57,080 bases of DNA from an uncultured Candidatus Saccharibacteria bacterium (GCA_964473795.1 CAYYQT010000003.1:1-57080), one strand, 5' to 3'. Counted from the first letter of the stretch, positions 16,590-27,984 are shown. The notes: generated by a model not told the origin, from the letters alone. A program made the numbers and translations.

Positions 16590-18755
16590 ATGGAAGTAAA
16601 TGATTTAATTGAAAAACATTTTACACGTCTACGTACAGACCAAAAACAGGCACTTAAGAAACTGGGTATATTAACAATTTACGATTTACTACACCACCTA
16701 CCAGCAAGATACGAAAACGCAGGTCCAACAGGCACAATATCTGGAGCAACAACAGGAGAAGATGTAACGTTATACGGAACAATAAGAAAACCTAAAACAC
16801 GAAAAGCATGGAAAAGTAGACGCCCGATAGCAGAGGCAACCTTAGAGGACTCATCTGGAAACATAAAAGTTATATGGTTTTCACAACCATATATAGCAAA
16901 AAGCCTTAAAGATGGAATGGTTGTAAAAGCAACAGGGCGCGTTGCTGGAACTACAGAAAAACCATATTTGGCTAATCCTGAAATTGACAGAACACCAGTT
17001 AAACCCGAGGACATCCATAACAACCTTTTTTCAGATGCAACAGAGTCATACGAACAAACTTTGTATCCAATATATTCTGAAAGTAAAGGAATATCGTCAT
17101 TATGGTTATATCACGCAATAAAAAAATGCGTTGCAGCTGGTGTGCACGAACAAATAGAAGATATTATTCCAAATGAAATCCTAACGCGATACAAACTACC
17201 AACACTTGCAACTGCACTTGTGTGGATACACTTGCCACGTACCAAAGAAAATAGTGAATCTGCACGAAAGAGGTTTGCTTTTGAAGAAGTTTTTTTGATA
17301 CAACTAACACTAGCAAAAAGGAAACTTTCAGCAATGAATGAAAAATCCTTACCCGTAACAGTAAACCGAACAACACTTGATGATTTTATAAAATCATTTC
17401 CATTTCCAGTTACAAAATCTCAAACACAGGCAATAGAATCCATAGTTAAAGATTTTGAAAAAACACACCCAATGATGCGGCTTTTAGAAGGAGATGTCGG
17501 AAGCGGTAAAACAGCTGTAGCAGCAGCAACGGCCTATATGGTCGCAACATCACTACCACCAAACAGAAAGAGCGGAACTCTTCAGGTTGCGTATTTATGC
17601 CCAACAGAAATACTTGCGAAACAACACTTCGATACATTTGTTTCTTTTTTTAAGGACCATCCTATTAAAATAGGACTGATTACAGGAAATGAATGCCGTA
17701 AATTTCCATCCAAGGTATCTCAAGGAAACTCCACGCGTGTATCACGTGCACAGTTTCAAAAATGGGTTGCAAACGGAGAGATACCTATAGTGATAGGAAC
17801 ACATGCACTTATCCAAAAAACTCTTAACTTCAAAACTCTTGCATACGCGATAATCGATGAACAACACAGGTTTGGGAAAGTTCATAGACAAGCACTTGCT
17901 AAAAAAGATGGACTTATGCCGCACTTATTGTCAATGACAGCAACACCAATTCCACGCACACTTGCACTAACTATTTACGGTGATTTAGATTTGACTGTAA
18001 TGGACCAAATGCCACTCGGAAGAAAACCAATAATCACGAAAGTCTTAGGTCCAGAAAAACGTGAAATAGGTTACGAAAGAGTTCGTTCAGAGCTTATAAA
18101 CGGACATCAAGCATATGTTATATGCCCAAGAATTGACGAGCCAGACCCAAACAAAGAGTTAGCTTTACAAGCAAAATCTGTAAAAGCCGAAGCTACACGT
18201 TTGAAAAAAGAGGTGTTTAAAAAAGCGACAATAGGAATACTTCACAGCAAAATGAAACTTAAAGAAAAAGAAGATACTATGAACAAGTTTTCTTCTGGAA
18301 AAATACAAATACTTGTTGCCACATCTGTAATAGAAGTTGGAGTAAACGTACCAAATGCAACTGTAATTTTGATAGAGGGGGCAGAACGTTTTGGACTTGC
18401 ACAATTACACCAACTAAGAGGTCGTGTTTTGAGGTCGACTAATCAAGCGTACTGTTTTGCACTTCCAGAATCATATGGAACAGCTACAAGAGACAGACTA
18501 ACCGCACTCACAAAAGCAAAAGATGGTTTTGAGCTGGCAGAATACGACTTATCTATTCGTGGTTCTGGTGAATTATACGGGAAACGCCAATGGGGTGTCT
18601 CAGACGTGGCGATGGAAGCTTTGCGAAACATAAAACTTGTAGAGGCTGCACGCTCAGAAGCATACGCTCTAATTGAAGAAGACCCAACCATTAAAAAACA
18701 TAAAGCGCTCGCTTCGCTCGCGCTCGCTCGTAACCGTGAACTACATAGAGAATAA
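16590..18755 (+). CDS. recG: ATP-dependent DNA helicase RecG
   Basis: ORF 16545..18755. The ATG at 16590 follows the NUDIX stop by 4 nt. Wedge-type N-terminus, Walker A GDVGSGKTAVAA, DEQHRFG, TATPIPRT and QLRGRVLR motifs. Confidence 0.9.
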   Translation: MEVNDLIEKHFTRLRTDQKQALKKLGILTIYDLLHHLPARYENAGPTGTISGATTGEDVTLYGTIRKPKTRKAWKSRRPIAEATLEDSSGNIKVIWFSQPYIAKSLKDGMVVKATGRVAGTTEKPYLANPEIDRTPVKPEDIHNNLFSDATESYEQTLYPIYSESKGISSLWLYHAIKKCVAAGVHEQIEDIIPNEILTRYKLPTLATALVWIHLPRTKENSESARKRFAFEEVFLIQLTLAKRKLSAMNEKSLPVTVNRTTLDDFIKSFPFPVTKSQTQAIESIVKDFEKTHPMMRLLEGDVGSGKTAVAAATAYMVATSLPPNRKSGTLQVAYLCPTEILAKQHFDTFVSFFKDHPIKIGLITGNECRKFPSKVSQGNSTRVSRAQFQKWVANGEIPIVIGTHALIQKTLNFKTLAYAIIDEQHRFGKVHRQALAKKDGLMPHLLSMTATPIPRTLALTIYGDLDLTVMDQMPLGRKPIITKVLGPEKREIGYERVRSELINGHQAYVICPRIDEPDPNKELALQAKSVKAEATRLKKEVFKKATIGILHSKMKLKEKEDTMNKFSSGKIQILVATSVIEVGVNVPNATVILIEGAERFGLAQLHQLRGRVLRSTNQAYCFALPESYGTATRDRLTALTKAKDGFELAEYDLSIRGSGELYGKRQWGVSDVAMEALRNIKLVEAARSEAYALIEEDPTIKKHKALASLALARNRELHRE

Positions 18756-18795
18756 TATGACGCACCAACACGGCGCGTCATATACGTTAGCAGAA

Positions 18796-19125
18796 TTATA
18801 AATCCATACGGAATTCTTTTCCTCGATCAACAAAACCAAATGATGTATACATACCATGCACTTTGTTGCGTTGGTATCTGCTAGTCGCAACGAGTTTGTA
18901 GCAACCTCTTTCAATCGCGATATTAATCACGTCTTTTACGAGGGCGCTTCCAAAACCATTTCCGCGAAAAGACGGAGCAACATACACATCTTCCATCAGC
19001 CCAAATGATCTATCGTGTCTATTACGCATAATGTACAGATATGCACTAGCTACACAAACTCCTGTCTCGTTGTACATCATCAGCTTGATGCCCGTACACT
19101 TCACATTACTATGTACAATCACCAT
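18796..19125 (-). CDS. GNAT-family N-acetyltransferase (short)
   Basis: 109 aa with the acetyl-CoA motif FRGNGFGSALV. A strong SD (GGGAGG, 5 nt, ATG) precedes the start, unlike neighbouring core genes. Confidence 0.75.
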   Translation of the reverse strand: MVIVHSNVKCTGIKLMMYNETGVCVASAYLYIMRNRHDRSFGLMEDVYVAPSFRGNGFGSALVKDVINIAIERGCYKLVATSRYQRNKVHGMYTSFGFVDRGKEFRMDL

Positions 19126-19260
19126 TTCAACCTCCCTTTCCTAAAGGATTGTGCGCTTATCTAACTAAATTATACAATAACTATCACAAAGTTTTTAGTT
19201 AAAAGCATTATTTAAATCAACCCAATTATTAAAATACTAATTGATATACAAAGTTATCTG

Positions 19261-19334
19261 TGGGCGTACCAGGACTCGAACCTGGAACCGCGGAGGTATA
19301 AGCTCCGTGCTCTAACCAATTGAGCTATACGCCC
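19261..19334 (-). tRNA. tRNA-Ile with UAU anticodon
   Basis: 74 nt. Acceptor GGGCGTA/TACGCCC, D arm GCTC..GAGC, anticodon stem CGGAG/CTCCG with loop C-T-TAT-A-C, T arm CCAGG-TTCGAGT-CCTGG, discriminator A. Confidence 0.85.
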
Positions 19335-19390
19335 TTTCAATCTATTGTGCACCGTTTGCTGGTATAATTCCAGTTTTTCTACTAAACACA

Positions 19391-19756
19391 CTAAACTCGC
19401 AAAAAACGAACTCCAAAAAGTGTGTTTATAACCGCGAGTATAAGCGAAAACAAAAACGCCGTCCAGAAACCAGAAACTAGGAACCCTGGAACTATAACGG
19501 CAGCAAACATAACAAGCAAGGCGTTTATTACCAATGAAAACAATCCCAAAGTAATTATCGTAAGTGGTAGCGTAAGTATCGTCAGAAACGGACGTATGAA
19601 TATGTTTATAAACGACAGTACAACCGTTAAAATAAAAGCGCCCACAACTGTTACATGCACGCCAGGAGCCAGAAATGATGCTATCAAAATAGCAACTGCA
19701 GCCACCGTCCAGTGAAGTAATGCATGTATCATATCCACAGTATACATCCAAGACAT
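19391..19756 (-). CDS. DUF360 / phage-holin-family-4-like membrane protein (YvlD-like)
   Basis: 121 aa with four TM helices. The ..FINIFIRPFLTILTLPLTIITLGLFSLVINALL.. core is typical of this family. The overlapping 180-aa ORF 19254..19796 runs through the tRNA and is rejected. Confidence 0.6.
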   Translation of the reverse strand: MSWMYTVDMIHALLHWTVAAVAILIASFLAPGVHVTVVGAFILTVVLSFINIFIRPFLTILTLPLTIITLGLFSLVINALLVMFAAVIVPGFLVSGFWTAFLFSLILAVINTLFGVRFLRV

Positions 19757-19778
19757 AATTATGCTCTAATAGCATGAT

Positions 19779-20432
19779 ATGGACATGATAATTCAAAACA
19801 TTTCATTATTGATTAACCCAACTGAGCTTGCAATAAGTGCTGGATATATTGGGATTTTTATAATTATATTTGCTGAAACTGGTGTCTTATTAGGTATTTT
19901 CTTACCTGGAGACAGCTTGTTGTTTGCCGCCGGACTATTAGCATCAAACGGTATATTTAACCCAATATTATTAATAGCTATTGTAATAGTTGCGGCTATA
20001 CTTGGAGATACAACAAGTTACTGGCTTGGTGTTAAATCAGGTAAAATACTACTAAACAAATACCCTAGACTAGTAAAACAGGAATACATACATAAAACAG
20101 AGAAATTTTATTCTCACTGGGGCGGGCGTGCTGTTATTTTTGCACGTTTTGTTCCAATAGTACGTACAATAGCACCACTTATGGCTGGTATAGGATATAT
20201 GGAATATAAAACATTTGTTTTGTTCAATATAATTGGGTCTATTTTATGGGGTCCTGTTATGATTTTGCTCGGGTACACACTAGGAAAAAGTATTCCAAAT
20301 TCAACGCACTACATACTGCCAATAAGCATTGGAATAATAGTCCTCTCATTTCTACCATTCTTTATAAGAATACTTTCACAAAAATACTTTGTTAGACAAA
20401 AAACGTCCGAAGAAAATATACAAACTAAATAA
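19779..20432 (+). CDS. DedA-family (SNARE-associated/VTT) membrane protein
   Basis: 217 aa with ..IFLPGDSLLFAAG.. and ..FARFVPIVRTIAPLMAGI.. motifs. The 3' end overlaps the convergent leuS stop by 8 nt. Confidence 0.85.
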   Translation: MDMIIQNISLLINPTELAISAGYIGIFIIIFAETGVLLGIFLPGDSLLFAAGLLASNGIFNPILLIAIVIVAAILGDTTSYWLGVKSGKILLNKYPRLVKQEYIHKTEKFYSHWGGRAVIFARFVPIVRTIAPLMAGIGYMEYKTFVLFNIIGSILWGPVMILLGYTLGKSIPNSTHYILPISIGIIVLSFLPFFIRILSQKYFVRQKTSEENIQTK

Positions 20433-22791
20433 CTATATTCAATATACGCCCCTGTACATAAACAATACGTTTAATTTTTACATCTGATAGTGCTTTATTT
20501 ATAGTTGGAATCTTACGCGCAACATTAAGCGCTTCTTCTTCATTTGTTTCAAAACTAATAGACATTTCACCTCTACGTTTACCGTTTATAGAAACAGCAA
20601 CCGCAACCGAACCAGAAGTAAGTACTGTTTCGTCATATTTTGGCCAATCCTCTTTATGTATAGAACTAGAATTACCTACCGAATACCAAACTTCTTCTGA
20701 TAAATGTGGTGCAAATGGTGCTACAAGTTTTGCAAACGTACTTAATGATTTTGTACTTATTCCATTTTCTGCTGCGTTTAAACAAATCATAAGCTGACTT
20801 ATAGCAGTGTTAAGTTTTAGTGAAGCGATATCTTCACCAACTTTTTTAATTGTTTCATTTAGTATTTTCAAGAATTGATCTGAATCTTTTTCTGTTCGAT
20901 TTTCAAGCAATCTATACACTCTGTCTATAAATCTTCTTGACCCAGATATGTTTTTTGTACTCCAAGGTTTTTGTACATCAAGAGGACCCATGAACATTTC
21001 ATAAAGACGCAAAGTATCTGCTCCATACTCATAAACAATATCGTCTGGATTAACTACGTTACCGAGTGATTTACTCATCTTTCTACCATCTTCAGCAAGA
21101 ATCATTCCTTGATGACGAAGTTTTTGGAATGGCTCGTCAAATGATGTATACCCCAAAGAGTGTAAAACTTTTGTAAAAAATCTAGCATACAAAAGATGAA
21201 GAACAGAATGCTCTGCCCCACCTATATATAAATCTACAGGAAGCCACTTTTTCATTAACTCAGACGATGCAAAAATTTGTTTATTGTGAGGGTCTGCAAA
21301 ACGTAAATAATACCAACTTGAACATACAAACGTATCCATAGTGTCTGATTCACGTCTAGCTAAACCACCGCACGCAGGACAAGAGACATTATGAAATGTT
21401 TTTGATCGTGTAAGCGGCGATTCTCCTGTCGGTATAAAATCAACATCTTCAGGTAAGATTACAGGAAGGTCTTCCTCTGGAACAGGCACAGCTCCACACT
21501 TCTCACAATGAATAATAGGTATTGGCACACCCCAATATCTTTGTCTAGAAACAAGCCAATCTCGTAAACGATACTTTGTTACTATTTTTCCACCAACAAA
21601 TTCAGTAATTGCAGTTTTTGCTTCTAAACTTTCCATTCCGGTAAAGTCTCCAGAGTTTACAAGTTCACCATGTCCTGTGTAGCAATCATCGGTACTTACT
21701 ATTACCTTTTTTAACGGTAGTCCATTTTTTTTAGAAAATTCAAAATCACGCTCATCATGTGCCGGCACTGCCATAACAGCGCCAGTACCGTACGTCCCGA
21801 GAACATAATCAGCAACATACACTGGTACTTCCTCATTGTTTACTGGGTTAATCGCAATAACACCTTCTAAAACAATACCTTTTTTGTCTTTACCATCGAT
21901 ACTTCTTTCTAGGTCTGTTTTATGACGCGCTTCCTTACAGTATGCACGTACATCTTTTTCATTCTCAATAACGTCAAACAACTCTTCGACAAGTTTGTGT
22001 TCGGGCGCTAACACTACATATGTAACACCAAACAAAGTATCTGGGCGTGTTGTAAACACACTTATAAACTTATCATTTCCGCGTATAGGAAAAACTATTT
22101 CAGAACCTTCACTTTTTCCTATCCAATTTTTTTGAGCAGCCTTTGTAGATTCTGGCCAATCTATAGTACCAAGACCACCAAGGAGCTCATCTGCATATTT
22201 AGTTATTTTGAAAAACCATTGTTCTAGACTTTTTTGCTCAACAGTAGTTCCGCATCTTTCGCACACACCGTCAGTAACTTGTTCGTTCGCTAAAACAGTT
22301 TGGTCTTTTGGGCACCAGTTCACTTTTGCCTTTGAACGGTAAGCGAGGTCGTGTTTGTACAAAAGAAGGAAGAACCATTGTGTCCATCTGTAGTATTCTG
22401 GTGTGTGTGTTCCTATCTCTCTACTCCAGTCATACGACAAACCTAAAGATTTAATTTGTCTTTTGAAATTACTAATCGCTTTGTTTGTTGATTCTTGTGG
22501 AGGTGTTTTTGTTTTTATTGCATAATTTTCCGCAGGCAAACCAAACGCATCCCACCCAATAGGATGCAGCACTTCTTTACCATTCATTCGCGCAAAACGT
22601 GCAGCAACATCTGTTGCTGTATACCCCTCGACATGTCCAGCGTGCAAACCAGCACCAGAAGGATATGGAAACATATCTAAAATATATTCTTTTGGTTTTG
22701 CAGAAGTATCATCAGTACCATAAGTGTTGTCAGACTCCCATTTGTCCTGCCACTTCTTCTCTATTGATTTATGATCGTATTTTGACACCAT
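20425..22791 (-). CDS. leuS: Leucyl-tRNA synthetase
   Basis: 788 aa. HIGH-type block PYPSGAGLHAGHVEGY, editing-domain TTRPDTLFG and KMSKSLGN. A TATAAT box lies 7 nt upstream of the ATG. Confidence 0.95.
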   Translation of the reverse strand: MVSKYDHKSIEKKWQDKWESDNTYGTDDTSAKPKEYILDMFPYPSGAGLHAGHVEGYTATDVAARFARMNGKEVLHPIGWDAFGLPAENYAIKTKTPPQESTNKAISNFKRQIKSLGLSYDWSREIGTHTPEYYRWTQWFFLLLYKHDLAYRSKAKVNWCPKDQTVLANEQVTDGVCERCGTTVEQKSLEQWFFKITKYADELLGGLGTIDWPESTKAAQKNWIGKSEGSEIVFPIRGNDKFISVFTTRPDTLFGVTYVVLAPEHKLVEELFDVIENEKDVRAYCKEARHKTDLERSIDGKDKKGIVLEGVIAINPVNNEEVPVYVADYVLGTYGTGAVMAVPAHDERDFEFSKKNGLPLKKVIVSTDDCYTGHGELVNSGDFTGMESLEAKTAITEFVGGKIVTKYRLRDWLVSRQRYWGVPIPIIHCEKCGAVPVPEEDLPVILPEDVDFIPTGESPLTRSKTFHNVSCPACGGLARRESDTMDTFVCSSWYYLRFADPHNKQIFASSELMKKWLPVDLYIGGAEHSVLHLLYARFFTKVLHSLGYTSFDEPFQKLRHQGMILAEDGRKMSKSLGNVVNPDDIVYEYGADTLRLYEMFMGPLDVQKPWSTKNISGSRRFIDRVYRLLENRTEKDSDQFLKILNETIKKVGEDIASLKLNTAISQLMICLNAAENGISTKSLSTFAKLVAPFAPHLSEEVWYSVGNSSSIHKEDWPKYDETVLTSGSVAVAVSINGKRRGEMSISFETNEEEALNVARKIPTINKALSDVKIKRIVYVQGRILNIVI

Positions 22792-22819
22792 AGTACTTAT
22801 TATATCTTATATACAATTA

Positions 22820-23398
22820 CTAACTTTCGTCTTTAAACCTTCGCATTCCTAGATAAATAAGAACACATAGAGCTATTCCTGAAATAATAAGCTTCAATAG
22901 ACTTGGAGCGCTACCCCAATATTGAATAGAACCAATTATTAGAGCGATTACACCACCATATGACAATCCAGAAGACACAATAGAAGCACCTATAGGAACA
23001 ACACCTACAACAAGAGCAATAATTCCAAATACTGTCATTAGCACAAACGCGTACAAATGCTGATTATTAATAGCTGTTTTATATAAAGGCAAGCATTTTG
23101 TTTGATAATCACAATATCCAGATACTCCTTCTATTGGCGAAACTTTTGGTGTTCCATATCGTGTTTGTGGATACTGATTCCAAATGCCATTTTGCGATGC
23201 ACAAGAAATTTTTGTTGTAGCTTGTGCTACAGGTTGCGGACAATACGAATCATAATCAGGTGTAGGTATTATCATTTGAACAACAACGAAAAAGAATACG
23301 TTTAATATAATTGCAATACCAGCAAGAAGCGCAAAGCGAACAAACCTTGGATGCTTTTTAACAGGCTTGTTATTTATTTTTTCATTACGTTCACTCAT
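22820..23398 (-). CDS. Hypothetical membrane protein with Cys-containing extracytoplasmic loop
   Basis: ORF 22820..23416, with the preferred ATG at 23398 (MSERNEK...). One TM helix, a ~90-aa loop with 4 Cys, then 3-4 TM helices. No recognisable family. Confidence 0.6.
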   Translation of the reverse strand: MSERNEKINNKPVKKHPRFVRFALLAGIAIILNVFFFVVVQMIIPTPDYDSYCPQPVAQATTKISCASQNGIWNQYPQTRYGTPKVSPIEGVSGYCDYQTKCLPLYKTAINNQHLYAFVLMTVFGIIALVVGVVPIGASIVSSGLSYGGVIALIIGSIQYWGSAPSLLKLIISGIALCVLIYLGMRRFKDES

Positions 23399-23515
23399 AT
23401 AATAACCATAGTACACAACTGACAGAAAATTAACACAGTAGCCATAAACTTACACGAATGCTTAAACTGTTTTGTATGAAATACTTTCTAAAGCACTACT
23501 ATGTTCGCTTAATTA

Positions 23516-24613
23516 CTAACTATGTAAAAATACCATTACATCCCCATCTTTGACTATATATTCTTTCCCTTCTGTCCTAAGTAGAGCTTTCTCACGAGCA
23601 GCACTCCACGAACCAGCAGATAGCAGCTCGTCCCAATGAACAACTTCTGCACGTATAAACTTATCTTTGAAATCACCATGAATTACCGCACCAGCTTCAG
23701 GTGCCGAGGACCCACTGACAACAGTCCACGCACGGCTTTCATCAGTGCCAGTTGTGAAAAAAGTCATCAAGCCAAGTATCTTGTATGCCCCACGGATTAA
23801 ATCAGCCAGTCCGTCTGCCTGTACACCAAGTTCTTGTCTAAACATTGGTTTATCTTCATCTGCAACATCATTTAAATCTTGTTCCGTAGCAGCATCGACA
23901 TGAACGTAGCTAGCACCAAGAGACTCTATAAACTCATATGTTTTTTTTGCTCTACCATCTGCAGCTTCAGAAATATTATGCCCACCAGTTTTTCCATTCA
24001 AACAATACAGTATAGGTTTGAGTGTTAATAGATTAAGGTGCTGTACTATTTTTAATTCATCCTCAGTTAAAACAGCACTTATAGCAAGTTTTCCAGAAGA
24101 CAATGTCTGTTCTATTTTTGTTAACGTTTCATCTTCTGTTTTTGCATCTTTTACTCCTGCACGAACATCACGTACTAATTTCTCTCTACGTTTAACAACC
24201 TGCTCTCTGTCTGTTAGTACAAGCTCGAGGTTTATGACCTCAATATCAGAAACAGGGTCTACATCACCGTGAACATGCGTTATATCTGGATCATCAAAAA
24301 ACCTAACCATTTCTAGAATAGCGTCAACTTCTCTAATATGAGTTAGAAATTGATTTCCGAGACCTTCCCCTCCAGAGGCTCCTTTTACCAATCCTGCAAT
24401 ATCGACAAATTCAATTGCGGCAGGAACAACTTTCTCACTTTTAGAAAGTGCAGCTAATTTAGTCAGTCTTTCATCTGGAACACCAACAATACCAACAGAC
24501 GGGTCTATTGTGCAAAAAGGATAGTTTTCCGACGGAACACTAGACTTTGTTAGTGCGTTAAATAATGTTGATTTACCAACGTTTGGCAATCCTACTATAC
24601 CGATTTTTAACAT
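23516..24613 (-). CDS. ychF: Ribosome-binding ATPase YchF
   Basis: 365 aa. G1 motif GLPNVGKSTLFNALT, a coiled insertion and a TGS-like C-terminus (..FIRAEV..). Confidence 0.9.
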   Translation of the reverse strand: MLKIGIVGLPNVGKSTLFNALTKSSVPSENYPFCTIDPSVGIVGVPDERLTKLAALSKSEKVVPAAIEFVDIAGLVKGASGGEGLGNQFLTHIREVDAILEMVRFFDDPDITHVHGDVDPVSDIEVINLELVLTDREQVVKRREKLVRDVRAGVKDAKTEDETLTKIEQTLSSGKLAISAVLTEDELKIVQHLNLLTLKPILYCLNGKTGGHNISEAADGRAKKTYEFIESLGASYVHVDAATEQDLNDVADEDKPMFRQELGVQADGLADLIRGAYKILGLMTFFTTGTDESRAWTVVSGSSAPEAGAVIHGDFKDKFIRAEVVHWDELLSAGSWSAAREKALLRTEGKEYIVKDGDVMVFLHS

Positions 24614-24628
24614 ATAAAGACTACGTTA

Positions 24629-25150
24629 CTACACTCTGCTAACTTGTCTACGTGCAATAATTCTAGCGTAACCAAAAATACCAGCAATAATTATTGCGCT
24701 AACAAAGAAACCAATAACAGCAGCAGCAAAATTTGTTACAGGAACATAACCAAGACTAACGCCAACGAGGTACCACCAACCAGTAAAGGCAATAGAAGAA
24801 CCAATCCAAAACGGAACACGTCCATGGAAACGCATCCACGAGACAAGTACTAAAACAAATATAACAAACATTTCAAACCAATAAGTTGTAGTTAGAGCAA
24901 GAGATATTGATGTTGGGAGTATGTACAACGCAAACCCCGCAGCAACATCTGTTAGCAGAACCAAAACCAACGCAAACCGAAGCGAGAAAAACAACGCCAC
25001 AAGATGAGCTCGTTCACCATCGTCTATACGTCCGTCTGAAATTGCACGAAAATATCTCCATTCAGCAATCGTAATGCTCCCAGCGCCAAAAATAGTTGCA
25101 GCAAGATGAGTAAACATTAAGACCACAATACTGGTTGTAAGTATTTCCAT
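24629..25150 (-). CDS. Hypothetical polytopic membrane protein
   Basis: 173 aa with ~5 TM helices. Its ATG shares one nucleotide with the upstream stop (TAATG at 25148-25152). Confidence 0.6.
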   Translation of the reverse strand: MEILTTSIVVLMFTHLAATIFGAGSITIAEWRYFRAISDGRIDDGERAHLVALFFSLRFALVLVLLTDVAAGFALYILPTSISLALTTTYWFEMFVIFVLVLVSWMRFHGRVPFWIGSSIAFTGWWYLVGVSLGYVPVTNFAAAVIGFFVSAIIIAGIFGYARIIARRQVSRV

Positions 25151-25386
25151 TATTGTTGCATTAAGGACGCAAGCTCTTCTCTATATTTTTTCATGACCTC
25201 CATAGAAGCTTTCATTTGAGGCTCGCCGCCTTTTGTTCGCTTTTCTATTTCTTCACCTATTTTCTTAAATAGTTCTGGTTTTTTTTCAATCATTGAAAGC
25301 ATCTGCTCGCGCTGAGCTTCAGGAACATCTTTCATTTTGAACTTTGCGTATTGACGCAACATAAATCCTTGTACTGACATATGCAT
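25150..25386 (-). CDS. Hypothetical small helical K/E-rich protein
   Basis: 78 aa. Lies 51 nt downstream of atpC and is translationally coupled to the following membrane protein. Confidence 0.55.
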   Translation of the reverse strand: MHMSVQGFMLRQYAKFKMKDVPEAQREQMLSMIEKKPELFKKIGEEIEKRTKGGEPQMKASMEVMKKYREELASLMQQ

Positions 25387-25437
25387 TTATTTTAACACGA
25401 GTTAATATATTTACACGCAAATTATAACAACTCCACA

Positions 25438-25683
25438 CTAGAGAAGTATTGTTGCCTGATTATTTGATATTTCTATCACACTATCTTCACGAACAGGTAC
25501 ATGATACTTTTTACCTTCTTTTGATTCAAAAGACACTTCACCTGCCGAAAGCTCAGAAATTAAAGCTTCATGATTTGGTAACACCGTAAACACACCCTCT
25601 GAACCAGGAACAACGGCAGACACAGCCTCACCATCAAATACATTTTCCCCAACTCTGGCAACAGTAAGATGAAATGTGTTCAT
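25438..25683 (-). CDS. atpC: F1 ATP synthase epsilon subunit, beta-sandwich domain only
   Basis: 81 aa. It sits directly after atpD (2-nt gap) with an N-terminal pattern typical of epsilon (..LTVARVGENVFDGEAVSAVVPGSEGVFTVLPNHEALISEL..). Confidence 0.8.
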   Translation of the reverse strand: MNTFHLTVARVGENVFDGEAVSAVVPGSEGVFTVLPNHEALISELSAGEVSFESKEGKKYHVPVREDSVIEISNNQATILL

Positions 25684-25685
25684 AT

Positions 25686-27074
<1,389 letters not shown>

Positions 27075-27980
27075 TTATACAGATAAAGCTTCTCTACCAC
27101 TAACTATTTCTGACACCTCACGAGTAATTGCTGTTTGTCGTACCCGATTATACTGACGAGTCAATTCATTAGCAACCTCTTTTGATTTGTCACTTGCGTT
27201 TTTCATAGCAACCATTCTAGCAGAATGTTCTGATGCTTTTGACTCTAGTAACAAATGATACAAAGAAGCAGCAACTAAATGTGGCAGCACTGCGTCTAAT
27301 ACATCCTCATAATCTGATTCAACATCATATGATGCTGGCGCAACTATACCTTTTTTATTTTTATCGCCCTTAGTTACAATTCCATCAACAAGTTTTTCTG
27401 CACTTTCAAGAGATAACGGCAACAAATGATGTACGGTTGGAACTTGCTCAAACGTAGACTTAAACTGGCTATACACAACAAGAACTTCATCATACTCACC
27501 AGAAACAAATGAATCTGTTAATTTCATTGCCAACCGCTTAACAACAGAACGAGGAACTTCATCATTCTTGTTTTCAAAAGAATCTCCTATTGAAAAACCG
27601 CGACGAGTAAAGTGTTCTTCCCCTTTTTTACCAAACGCATATATTGTTATGTCTTTATCTTTCAAATCAGTTTCTATAATACCAGTAGCAGTTTTAATAA
27701 CATTAATATTTACAGCGCCAGCAAGACCTTTATCGCTTGTGATTACAACAATTGCAACTTTACTAACATCCCGCTTAACCATAAGGGGATGAGGAACTGC
27801 TCCCGTTGAACCAGAAAGACGTGCAAGTATAGACAGAGCTGCGCGAGCGTAATGACGCCCCGCAACCGCAGTAGACTGTGTTTTTCTCATTTTTACAGCT
27901 GACACAGCCTCCATTGCACGCGTCACTTTATTTGTACGCTTTGTTGCCTGTATTTTTTCTTTTATATCTTTTAGAGCCAT
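27075..27980 (-). CDS. atpG: F1 ATP synthase gamma subunit
   Basis: ORF 27075..28001. The ATG at 27980 (MALKDIKEKIQATK..) fits gamma N-termini and avoids overlap with the upstream gene. The C-terminus ..ITREVSEIVSGREAL is typical. Confidence 0.9.
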   Translation of the reverse strand: MALKDIKEKIQATKRTNKVTRAMEAVSAVKMRKTQSTAVAGRHYARAALSILARLSGSTGAVPHPLMVKRDVSKVAIVVITSDKGLAGAVNINVIKTATGIIETDLKDKDITIYAFGKKGEEHFTRRGFSIGDSFENKNDEVPRSVVKRLAMKLTDSFVSGEYDEVLVVYSQFKSTFEQVPTVHHLLPLSLESAEKLVDGIVTKGDKNKKGIVAPASYDVESDYEDVLDAVLPHLVAASLYHLLLESKASEHSARMVAMKNASDKSKEVANELTRQYNRVRQTAITREVSEIVSGREALSV

Positions 27981-27984
27981 AAGT

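Noticed and set aside
18757-18783. Hairpin tatgacgc...gcgtcata between convergent recG and the GNAT gene, as a terminator
   Set aside because: The stem is only 8 bp with an 11-nt loop and there is no U-tract on either strand. It is too weak to call.
19254-19796. 180-aa minus-strand ORF
   Set aside because: Its 3' part is the tRNA-Ile gene read as protein, and its composition is Cys/Tyr-rich and implausible. The overlapping 121-aa DUF360-like frame (19391..19756) is the credible gene.
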